Source: Escherichia phage PHB10
Sequence record: MK524177.1
DNA length: 57,228 nt
Direction: 5' to 3' (one strand)
The notes beneath the pieces were generated by a model, which made no database searches, had not been told where the DNA came from, and worked only from the letters and a program-made list of their open reading frames with translations. This document shows, piece after piece, positions 49,421 to 57,228 of the stretch (its first letter is position 1; the number at the start of each line of letters is the position of its first letter). Made by a program: the position numbers and the translations under genes.

Positions 49421-49447
49421 ATAAAAAACCCCGCCGAGGCGAGGTTT
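49421..49447 (-). terminator. terminator-like GC hairpin after the small lipoprotein gene
   Basis: GC hairpin followed on the minus strand by a U-run, just upstream of the fibre RBS. Confidence 0.4.
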
Positions 49448-49464
49448 GCATTCAAAGTCGTGAG

Positions 49465-49698
49465 TTATTTACATGTCGTGCTTGTGAATGTGTTCGCACT
49501 TACCCAACGCCAGTTGAAGGGATATCCGGCCCGGTATTGAGTCTGGTTGTTTTGTTTTCTAACGCCGTAAATCATAACGGTATTCTCATGGTCACCCATA
49601 TATGCCGTGCCGCTGCAAATAGGTTCCTGTTTCTCAAGTACACCAGCACAACCAGACAGCATTAAAGCGATCGCCATGCTGATAATTAGCCTTTTCAT
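49465..49698 (-). CDS. small lipoprotein (Cor/Llp-like superinfection-exclusion candidate)
   Basis: 77 aa, signal peptide with lipobox MKRLIISMAIALMLSGC, between tail tip genes and fibre. Confidence 0.5.
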   Translation of the reverse strand: MKRLIISMAIALMLSGCAGVLEKQEPICSGTAYMGDHENTVMIYGVRKQNNQTQYRAGYPFNWRWVSANTFTSTTCK

Positions 49699-49809
49699 TT
49701 TGAAAGTATCCAGAGGAATTCAGTAGGTTCGAAGATATCAATACAAAATCGATGGGTATAATTGATTATGTAGATCAATTATTTGTTATTGATCGCTCAA
49801 AACGATCAA

Positions 49810-50490
49810 TCAGTCATAGGCTGCGGTGTTGATGGCCGTCAATGCTATTCCTGTGGTTGTCCCTCCCGCTGCAGAACCAGTAGCTGTTGTCGAAGGCGCG
49901 GCATTTATCCTGGTCGACGAACCGTTAAAGCGGCAGCCTGCATAGGCTGTTATATTCACGATTGTTGGAGGCTTGGTATTGTTGTTCTGTACGATTTGTG
50001 AGCCCAGAATTGCAGGTGCTACCGCATAACTACCCTGCAACGTAACATCAATGTTAATCCCTCCCGTTGAGGCTCCTGGTGTTCCGACAGTAACGAGGTC
50101 AGTAAGCACGCGGCTTTCGTTTGTCAGTACCAGCTTTCCGGCTTCATCCCAGACAGCAAATCCCCAGTCGGGCAACGTTTGTGGAAAGATGGCAAAGATG
50201 TACGCCGTCAGAGTGTGTGACTGACCATAAGCGTTGCTTGAACCAACAAGAATGTTTCCTCCTGACCGGGTTGCCCCGACTGTAGTGGGCTGGGCTGTAT
50301 CACTCGTTTTGCAAAAAACCATCGCCGGATAAGAAGCATCCAGAGCTACCGTCGCAGAAGCACCGTGGTATGCCCCATTTGCCACTGAGTTAACCACTAC
50401 CTTTCTGTACAGACAAAACGGCGTTGACTGAGGAGTAATAAACGGATTTCCGCTTTCCAGCGCAATCAGTGCACCATAATCTGCCATCAT
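49810..50490 (-). CDS. tail-associated protein of unknown function
   Basis: 226 aa, Gly/Thr/Ser-rich, downstream of J. Confidence 0.4.
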   Translation of the reverse strand: MMADYGALIALESGNPFITPQSTPFCLYRKVVVNSVANGAYHGASATVALDASYPAMVFCKTSDTAQPTTVGATRSGGNILVGSSNAYGQSHTLTAYIFAIFPQTLPDWGFAVWDEAGKLVLTNESRVLTDLVTVGTPGASTGGINIDVTLQGSYAVAPAILGSQIVQNNNTKPPTIVNITAYAGCRFNGSSTRINAAPSTTATGSAAGGTTTGIALTAINTAAYD

Positions 50491-50789
50491 GCATTCTCCA
50501 CGAAGACCACCAGTTCACATTCCGAGGCCGGATAATTACCAATACCAACTTCGCTGGCAGTGCTGAGAGTGATGGTGTTCCCGTTAGCGATAATGCGTCG
50601 ACCCACCGAGACCGCGCCCTTATCAAGGGACACCGCAAATCCGACCTTCATCCCCGCCGGAATGGTAAAGGACCAGTTGCCCGAGGTTTGCCCCTCGGAA
50701 AGCTGAATACGCCCTACCACTGATACGGGTTTGATACCGTAGTTGTTCGGGATGCCGTTGGCGTCCCAGGTCTGAATACCCCAGGCCAT
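50487..50789 (-). CDS. tail-associated protein of unknown function
   Basis: 100 aa; start overlaps the J stop. Confidence 0.4.
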   Translation of the reverse strand: MAWGIQTWDANGIPNNYGIKPVSVVGRIQLSEGQTSGNWSFTIPAGMKVGFAVSLDKGAVSVGRRIIANGNTITLSTASEVGIGNYPASECELVVFVENA

Positions 50790-53700
50790 TAAAACACTCC
50801 TGTAAGTTTGCCTATCTGAACACGGAGCCTGTTAGCATCCCGAATGCTGATGGTGACGTTAGTCTGCTTCATGCCTCCGGAACTGTCGCTCCCGTAGTTC
50901 TGCATCGTTCCGTCTTTACCCCAGCGCCAGCCAGCGCTTCCGGCAACATAATTATTAGACTGCAGAGAATCCGTAATTTTACCGAACTGGATACTCGCAT
51001 CACGGAAGAACGCATCATTGATGAATGTCTGCCCGTTCTGGATAACAAATGGCAAAGAAACAGTGCTGCCAGCTTGGGAGGTAACGGCAAAACGGTCGGC
51101 CAGGAAGATAACCTGTGACTGCATCCCTGATGGCGTATTCTCCACCCCGATCCCCATTCCTGCAGCGTAATACTGGCCATTACTCGTTACCCCAACTTTG
51201 ATGTTGTACATCGCGCTGAGCTGGCCGTTTACGTTCGCAATGGCCTGGGCGTTCGTGGTGATAGAGGCAGTATGTCCATTGACTGTCGCCGTAATAGCAT
51301 TTATCTGCGTGGCTGTAGACTGCTGATAATTCGAAACCGTATCGCTCAGGCTGTTGATGGATGCCGTATTACCGTTGACGTTCGTTTGCAGACTCAGCAA
51401 TGCGCGTGCCGTTGCCTCCCTGTCATTGACGATCACCTCATCAATGCGGTCTAGCTGCGCGCTGTTACCGGCAACCGAAGCCGACAGGGTTTTACGTGTG
51501 GCCACCTGAGCGAGGTTGGCCTGGATTATCGCAATTGCCGAGTTCTTCACGCCTCCTGTCATGCCGTCCATCGAAACAGAAATCTCGTCTATCTTCACTT
51601 CGGCCTGCGCCAGCCCGTCAGCGTTCTCCTGGATGTCTTTCGCCTGCTGCTCGAGCTCGTCGGCATGCTTTTTAATGTCATCCGCCATGCCTGCAACTTT
51701 TTCGTTGCTGTCCACTGCGTTCTCGATCAGGTCTTTGAAGGTATCAGAGTCTTTCATTCCCTCCAGAATCACATCGGTGATGTCAGAAACATCGATACTT
51801 GCCTGTCCTCGCACCCATTCTGTGTACCCTGATTCGTTGCCGCTGCGGTCCACCAGCTGCGCGCGGTACCAGAAAATCTGCTCAGCCTTAAGGCCCATCT
51901 GCTGATATTTGCGCTGCGGGTAAGGCACATCGGCCAGCAGCATCGCATCTTCTTCGGTACCAGTCAGGCTGTACTGAATTTCCGTCTTCAGCGTGTCGTC
52001 GGTATTCGCCGGGAATCCCCAGTTGAGCTCGATACCGAATACCACGCTTTCAGAAGCGATGAAGCCAACCGGCTTCGGTGGATTGCCCACTTTACCCGTC
52101 AGCGTTTTCTCTTCTGAATAGCCCCAGCCTGACGAAATTTCGGCAGCATTGATGGCGCGCACGCGCACCAGGTAGCGCCCGGCATAAATCCCCGGGACGT
52201 CGAATGATGTGGTGGAGCTGCGCGGCACGTTAACCCAGTTCCCGTCGTTGCGGCGCCATTGCGCTTCATAGGCGATAGCGTTCTGCGCCTGGTCCCAGCT
52301 CACGCGCATCGTTTCGACACTGATATTTTGCTGCACCACAGAAAACGAGCTGATGACGATGTTCGCAGGCGGCGACTGGTTGCCCGGCGGGATCACGCTC
52401 ACCGGCCGCTGGTCAATGATGGCTCCGGTATCAATGCGATCGAATTTATCCGGATCGTGATTTGCACCGACGATTGTGAACGTGCCGTCATTATTATCAG
52501 TTACTGTAATAACGCGATACTGCTGTGCGTAGAGCTCATCAGACTCAATGACCCATACGGCCTCGGCCTGTGGAAGCTCGCTAAAGGCGGTTGTCACGGT
52601 AACCATTCCACCTGACAGGGACTGAATCGTCCGGGATTGGGTAATACCCGACGGCAGGTTTACCATTATCCTGTCACCGGCCTTAGCACTTGGCACCCGG
52701 TCAAGTTTGAGTACACGACCATTAACCGCGGATAATCGACCGCCTAAATCTCGGCCAGAGAGATTTCGGTCAGCGACAGCAATTATGTAGCCAGGCTGAG
52801 GAATATTGCCGTCCAGACCAACGTCAAACGTTACAATCCTATCTTTATTGTTGGTCAGGATCCCCCAGCGCCCTTTCCTGTTAGCCTCAGATTGCCGGGT
52901 GCATCCGATAGCGGTGATCTCAAGCTGGTTGAAACCATAGCGCGCCACCAGAGCCTGCTCGAAGACGGGCTCCATTGCGTCAGCATAGCCATTTGCCGGA
53001 TCCGACCAGGAAACAAGAGCGTTTGTGTAGCGACTTTTAGTTGTGCTACTGGAATACACAAATTTGCCGTCAACTACGTTAGCGTGCGTGTAGGTAAAAT
53101 CGACATCTCTGGGCATGTCTGCAAGGGCAACAATCTGGTCGTCTCCCCAGTAGGTCATACCTCGAAAAATGGCGGCAAAGTCTCGCAGCACAGTGTAAGC
53201 GTCATTTCGATCTTGAATGTATACGTTGCAGGTGTAACGCGGTTCAGTTCCGCTCCCCCCCTTACCATCCGGTACCAGTTGATCACAATACTGAGCGACC
53301 TGATAAAGGGTCCATTTATCAATATTGGCTGCTGTTAGCCGATTACCAAGGCCGAAGCGGTCAGTGACTACCAGATCGTAAAATATCCACGCAGGGTTAT
53401 CCGTCCATGCCCACTTAAATGCTCCCGTCCAGGTGCCGCTGTACGTTCGTGTTTCTGGGTCATAGGTATCGGGCACACGAATAACACGCCCGCGGGGCTC
53501 GCAAGAAATTTGCGGAATTGAGCCATTGAACTGGCTCGAATCAAATTCGATGTACAGTAGCGCGGTGTTCGGATAGCGCAATTTGGCGTCGATTACTTCT
53601 GTGAAGCTTTGCAGCGTCATCGTGTCGCCAATCTTAGCGCTATTTGCGTCTGCGGTAATCTTGCGCAGCCTGATGGTCCAGGTGCTGCCCGCCTGAGGTA

Positions 53701-54238
53701 AATCAATACGGTGGCTGCGTTCATAACCAGAGGTGGTTTTCCCGGTCACGCTGGTATTTAGCACCGTCTGCCAGGTACCGCCATCTGTCTGCAGGTCAAA
53801 TGCGTAGTTGACCGAATAGCCAACCAGATCGCCATCGTCCTCCTGTTTGAAGAGAGAAGGCCATTTTAGACGCAGGCGAACAGCTGAAAGCTGCGTATTG
53901 GTGAACGTGCGCGTCCACGCTGTAGAGCTGGAAACTTCGGAACCTACATTGATTTCATTTTCGGTACCTGGGATCCCTTGAATGTATTTTTGCGCCTGAG
54001 TTCCAGAACGAAACTCCCACGCCACGCCGCTGAAGTTCTGTGAACCATCTGCGTTCTCAAGTGCGGTGCCATCGAGATAAATATCGCGCGCAGTAAGTCC
54101 ACCAGCAAACTCCCCCTCTCCCAGCGCGAGAAGGATTTTTGCCTTGGCAACTGACTGCAGGTCGTCTGGCTGTTCTGTAGGAGTTCTTGAGCTTGAACTG
54201 CCGCCCTTGCGGCCTTTAATAGCGGTTGCTATAGCCAT
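50789..54238 (-). CDS. host specificity / central tail fibre protein J
   Basis: 1149 aa; lambda J-like length, composition and position after I. Confidence 0.9.
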   Translation of the reverse strand: MAIATAIKGRKGGSSSSRTPTEQPDDLQSVAKAKILLALGEGEFAGGLTARDIYLDGTALENADGSQNFSGVAWEFRSGTQAQKYIQGIPGTENEINVGSEVSSSTAWTRTFTNTQLSAVRLRLKWPSLFKQEDDGDLVGYSVNYAFDLQTDGGTWQTVLNTSVTGKTTSGYERSHRIDLPQAGSTWTIRLRKITADANSAKIGDTMTLQSFTEVIDAKLRYPNTALLYIEFDSSQFNGSIPQISCEPRGRVIRVPDTYDPETRTYSGTWTGAFKWAWTDNPAWIFYDLVVTDRFGLGNRLTAANIDKWTLYQVAQYCDQLVPDGKGGSGTEPRYTCNVYIQDRNDAYTVLRDFAAIFRGMTYWGDDQIVALADMPRDVDFTYTHANVVDGKFVYSSSTTKSRYTNALVSWSDPANGYADAMEPVFEQALVARYGFNQLEITAIGCTRQSEANRKGRWGILTNNKDRIVTFDVGLDGNIPQPGYIIAVADRNLSGRDLGGRLSAVNGRVLKLDRVPSAKAGDRIMVNLPSGITQSRTIQSLSGGMVTVTTAFSELPQAEAVWVIESDELYAQQYRVITVTDNNDGTFTIVGANHDPDKFDRIDTGAIIDQRPVSVIPPGNQSPPANIVISSFSVVQQNISVETMRVSWDQAQNAIAYEAQWRRNDGNWVNVPRSSTTSFDVPGIYAGRYLVRVRAINAAEISSGWGYSEEKTLTGKVGNPPKPVGFIASESVVFGIELNWGFPANTDDTLKTEIQYSLTGTEEDAMLLADVPYPQRKYQQMGLKAEQIFWYRAQLVDRSGNESGYTEWVRGQASIDVSDITDVILEGMKDSDTFKDLIENAVDSNEKVAGMADDIKKHADELEQQAKDIQENADGLAQAEVKIDEISVSMDGMTGGVKNSAIAIIQANLAQVATRKTLSASVAGNSAQLDRIDEVIVNDREATARALLSLQTNVNGNTASINSLSDTVSNYQQSTATQINAITATVNGHTASITTNAQAIANVNGQLSAMYNIKVGVTSNGQYYAAGMGIGVENTPSGMQSQVIFLADRFAVTSQAGSTVSLPFVIQNGQTFINDAFFRDASIQFGKITDSLQSNNYVAGSAGWRWGKDGTMQNYGSDSSGGMKQTNVTISIRDANRLRVQIGKLTGVF

Positions 54239-54245
54239 ATTGCGC

Positions 54246-54270
54246 CCATAAAAAAAGCCACCGGGAGGTG
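54246..54270 (-). terminator. intrinsic terminator-like hairpin between I and J
   Basis: gccacc-tccc-ggtggc followed on the minus strand by U7, 10 nt upstream of the J start. Confidence 0.45.
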
Positions 54271-54288
54271 GCTTGTTGATAAATCTAT

Positions 54289-54891
54289 TTACTGTTGGTC
54301 TTCTACATAGATACCGGCGGAGATGATCGCGCCACCTATACGGCGCCGTCCGTACAAGAGTGGTACCGGATTGCCCTGAGCTGTCGTATTTGTTACTCCA
54401 CCAAAGGCATAACTGGCCTTGTTGTCTGCCGATTGCTTGCTGGCAAGTCCGGTTGTCTGTGGAGAAAGCATTTGAACGACACCGCCAAGGGCCATCGCAG
54501 CGCCAAATTGCATTAGAGGAACGCCGACAGCACCACCGCCAAAGTATGACGCCACAGCACCAACTGCGACCAAAGCCACACCTAAGATGGTCTGGAATAC
54601 TCCACCACGTTTACTCCCGAGGATAACCGGCGCGATACGGATATCAGCGGTACTCTGATCCATAGAGAGTTCATCATCGTTCAGGTTACGCTTACCGCTG
54701 AATACAGCGTAAGTAAGCCCACGCTGCTTGCTGGTATTCAAAAACCGCTCGAAGCCTGGCACTATAACGCACAATGCACGGATGGCTTCTTTAGGCGAAG
54801 CAACAGAAAGTTTGAATTCACGACCAAATGTTGAGCCAAGTATTCCATAGAGGCGTATGGTTCTCATCGGCTGACCAGTTAAAAATGTCAT
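54289..54891 (-). CDS. tail assembly protein I
   Basis: Lambda gpI-like; likely start MTFLTGQ at 54891 with GGAGG SD. Confidence 0.8.
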   Translation of the reverse strand: MTFLTGQPMRTIRLYGILGSTFGREFKLSVASPKEAIRALCVIVPGFERFLNTSKQRGLTYAVFSGKRNLNDDELSMDQSTADIRIAPVILGSKRGGVFQTILGVALVAVGAVASYFGGGAVGVPLMQFGAAMALGGVVQMLSPQTTGLASKQSADNKASYAFGGVTNTTAQGNPVPLLYGRRRIGGAIISAGIYVEDQQ

Positions 54892-54985
54892 ACATGCCTC
54901 CAAAGTCTCTCTTGACTAAGAGAGACTATTAATGTTGATAGACTTTTTGATGTTTTTAACACGCAATCCAAGAATTCAAATCAAC

Positions 54986-55597
54986 TTACTTATTTTTGGC
55001 TGACGGATTAGCAACTTCTGGGTGTTTTTTATTGAATTCTATAAAGCTACTTGGGCATTCCTTTGAAAGTAAATAATAATTTACTAAACATGCATCCGCC
55101 TTAGCTTCATCGCTCGAATGATACACACCATCTGCCAAAGATAATGTCGGAGCTAAATACCTGGCTTTAATCAACTCTTGCCCCAACGCCAAAGCATCCT
55201 TAGAAGTAGCTGCTGAACAAGACGTAACAGCACCGTCAAATAACGTCTTATTACCTTTGCAATTTAAGGACGCATCTAAGAAGGACTCGTGTAAATCGGT
55301 GCGCACTTGAATAAATGCAGGATCAGTAATATTTGAACCAGCCAAGATCCCTATCAGACCTAACCCACCTCCGATTGTAGCAATGGCTGAACCATTGGCG
55401 AGGTTCAAATCTCCCCATACCAACCATCGCAACAGGAAAAAACTCACTGCTACGGACGTTATCAAATATCCAAACCCAGTCCATAGATTGTGACTGTGCC
55501 CGAAGAAACTCAAGCATGCAAGCCCGACCCCAACGACAAATGGAACGCAGACAACGACCATTTTAATATAAAAATTATTCAAGTTGACAAATGCCAC
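54986..55597 (-). CDS. membrane protein of unknown function (moron inserted between K and I)
   Basis: About 3 N-terminal TM helices plus soluble C-terminal domain; AT-rich by eye; lambda K and I are adjacent; start uncertain (GTG 55597 or ATG 55561). Confidence 0.5.
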   Translation of the reverse strand: MAFVNLNNFYIKMVVVCVPFVVGVGLACLSFFGHSHNLWTGFGYLITSVAVSFFLLRWLVWGDLNLANGSAIATIGGGLGLIGILAGSNITDPAFIQVRTDLHESFLDASLNCKGNKTLFDGAVTSCSAATSKDALALGQELIKARYLAPTLSLADGVYHSSDEAKADACLVNYYLLSKECPSSFIEFNKKHPEVANPSAKNK

Positions 55598-55633
55598 ATT
55601 AATATCCGTTAATGAAGTAAGTTGGGCTCATTA

Positions 55634-56347
55634 TTATATAAACTTCGATTGATGGCGAAGGATTTTGTTTGTCCTCTCACGCCAATATCCACCATATGGC
55701 ACACGCTGGCTTAAATGACCGTAAAGATGATGAAGTAAGATATCACCTTCAAGCAATATGCCGGCATGGTTCCACTTGTTAGACTGAACTTGCATGATCA
55801 CCATATCCCCCGGTTGCAGCGGCCCGTCGAATTCACGGAAACCACACTCATACCAGCAATCCTGATAGAAATTGTCCAGATAGCAGTCCTCCCACCACGG
55901 ATAATCAACACGGTAATCTTTCAATTCGATACCATGTTCCTGCCTGTAATAGCTCATCACCAGTCCCCAACAGTCATAGTGTCCAAGCACAAACGGCCGC
56001 CCGATCAGTGGCAAATCACCGCGGGGAGTGATGGTGCGAAAGTCGCCTTCCGGCCAACTGACAATATGCCAGGGCAGCAACGTTGCATCGCATTGAGCCT
56101 TGTCCAGTTCGCTTGGTTGGGTTGTCGCGTCAGGGTGACTATGTACGATTCCCGTTATCGTCCCCCAGTCTTCAGCAGCGGCGTAATCCTCTGGTGAAAG
56201 GTGAAACTGTTCCGTTGGTTCAGCAGCCAGATTACGGCATGGAAAATAGCGTTCCACCCGGCTTTTCTGCGCTATCACGCCGCAGCATTCGTGGGGATAG
56301 TCTTTCGCAGCATGTGACAGGATGTCCTGAATTGTTTTCTGACGCAT
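55634..56347 (-). CDS. tail assembly protein K (JAB/MPN plus NlpC/P60 domains)
   Basis: JAMM motif HSHPDATTQPSELD and NlpC/P60-like Cys in YDCWGLV. Confidence 0.85.
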   Translation of the reverse strand: MRQKTIQDILSHAAKDYPHECCGVIAQKSRVERYFPCRNLAAEPTEQFHLSPEDYAAAEDWGTITGIVHSHPDATTQPSELDKAQCDATLLPWHIVSWPEGDFRTITPRGDLPLIGRPFVLGHYDCWGLVMSYYRQEHGIELKDYRVDYPWWEDCYLDNFYQDCWYECGFREFDGPLQPGDMVIMQVQSNKWNHAGILLEGDILLHHLYGHLSQRVPYGGYWRERTNKILRHQSKFI

Positions 56348-56348
56348 G

Positions 56349-57104
56349 TTAACTCCTGATCAAAGATGTTCCCGGAAAACCACCGAAAGGAAGTTCATTG
56401 TGTTCACCAAACCGAAGCTTGCAGGCGGTGAGCGTGCCGTTGCATTCATCCAATGAGGGATCGCTTACCGGATTGTTGTTTCTGTCGAAGTAAAGCGTGC
56501 CGGCATAATCGCACCCATCGCCGGTGCGGTACCTATTCCGGATGCACCATGTGCAAAGGGAATGCAACTGTCTGGTCGGAATCATCAATCCCTGCAGATC
56601 CATCGGGCTGGTAAGAACAAACTCGATACTTTCACCGGGAAGCTCACTATTTTTACCGTCGATATAGAAAACCCGCTTCCTCACCTGCAAGGGATCTGCT
56701 GTTGGATTTCCATCCGAGAAATTGCGCGCATCCAGGTAATGCGCAAAAGTGTCATGAATCGTAACTTTGGCCTGCAGCATATCGTCATAGGCCAGACAGA
56801 GCGCAGTGATAGAGCTGTCAATGTTGGCGACGGTGAGCGTCGGCTGGGCGCTACTGCCATCGGTTGACGCTTCCAGTCCCTCGAGCTTATATGGCCAGGC
56901 ACCATACTCTTCGCCCTGCCACCAGATACTCTTCGCCTTTAACTTTGATTCGTCGCCGCCAGCAGCCGCAATCTCTTCTTCAGTATGCGGGAGGTTATAA
57001 GCGTGAAAGCGCAGAACGTCGTCCAGACCAAACGCAGAACCGTCTACCTCAAGAAGACGTATTTTTTCACCCGGTTCGAGGTGTTGATAATCTTCAGTAA
57101 TCAT
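56349..57104 (-). CDS. minor tail protein L
   Basis: 251 aa with C-terminal Cys cluster CTWC...C...C as in lambda gpL; start overlaps the M stop (ATGA). Confidence 0.85.
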   Translation of the reverse strand: MITEDYQHLEPGEKIRLLEVDGSAFGLDDVLRFHAYNLPHTEEEIAAAGGDESKLKAKSIWWQGEEYGAWPYKLEGLEASTDGSSAQPTLTVANIDSSITALCLAYDDMLQAKVTIHDTFAHYLDARNFSDGNPTADPLQVRKRVFYIDGKNSELPGESIEFVLTSPMDLQGLMIPTRQLHSLCTWCIRNRYRTGDGCDYAGTLYFDRNNNPVSDPSLDECNGTLTACKLRFGEHNELPFGGFPGTSLIRS

Positions 57105-57228
57105 GGTGCGTATGCCTGTTTGAAGGTTGCTTTTATAGTCATCACTTTGCTGGATAGCGGCTGGACTTTAATGGAATCAGCTTCAATCCGGTATAAACCG
57201 GTTTCGCCGACAGGAGACGTCCAGATAA
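57105..57228 (-). CDS. minor tail protein M, C-terminal portion (gene start lies beyond window end)
   Basis: Open frame ...IWTSPVGETGLYRIEADSIKVQPLSSKVMTIKATFKQAYAP* ending at TGA overlapping the L start; resembles the lambda gpM C-terminus as I recall it. Confidence 0.6.

Overview
The window is almost exactly one unit length of a lambdoid (lambda/Rac-like) temperate siphophage genome of enterobacterial type, circularly permuted so that both window edges fall inside the minor tail gene M (N-terminal part at 1..165, C-terminal part at 57105..57228, about 60-70 nt missing). All calls rest on reading the ORF translations and DNA by eye; no searches were run. Modules present: attP-like site with arm-type repeats beside int; xis; RecE-like exonuclease and annealing protein; immunity region (leaderless repressor without a peptidase domain, Cro-like gene, three operator repeats); lambda O/P-like replication genes with iterons inside O; nin region with RusA and a LexA-box-controlled dinI-like gene; Q-like antiterminator; tRNA-Arg(UCU); tR'-like terminator; holin, SAR endolysin and spanin; TerS/TerL, portal, MuF-like protein, scaffold, capsid with an Ig-like extension reachable by -1 frameshift; tail genes U/Z/V/G/GT/H/M/L/K/I/J and a fibre. 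Accessory content: a 9.3 kb metabolic/regulatory island between P and the nin region, umuDC with a LexA box, a YedK-like SRAP gene, two cold-shock genes, an Ivy-like lysozyme inhibitor carrying an exact 115-bp tandem duplication, and several small morons inside the tail cluster. The best candidate for an undescribed system is a compact three-gene operon (zinc-ribbon protein plus two small 2-TM membrane proteins, 34513..35639) directly downstream of the repressor, the position lambda uses for rexAB.
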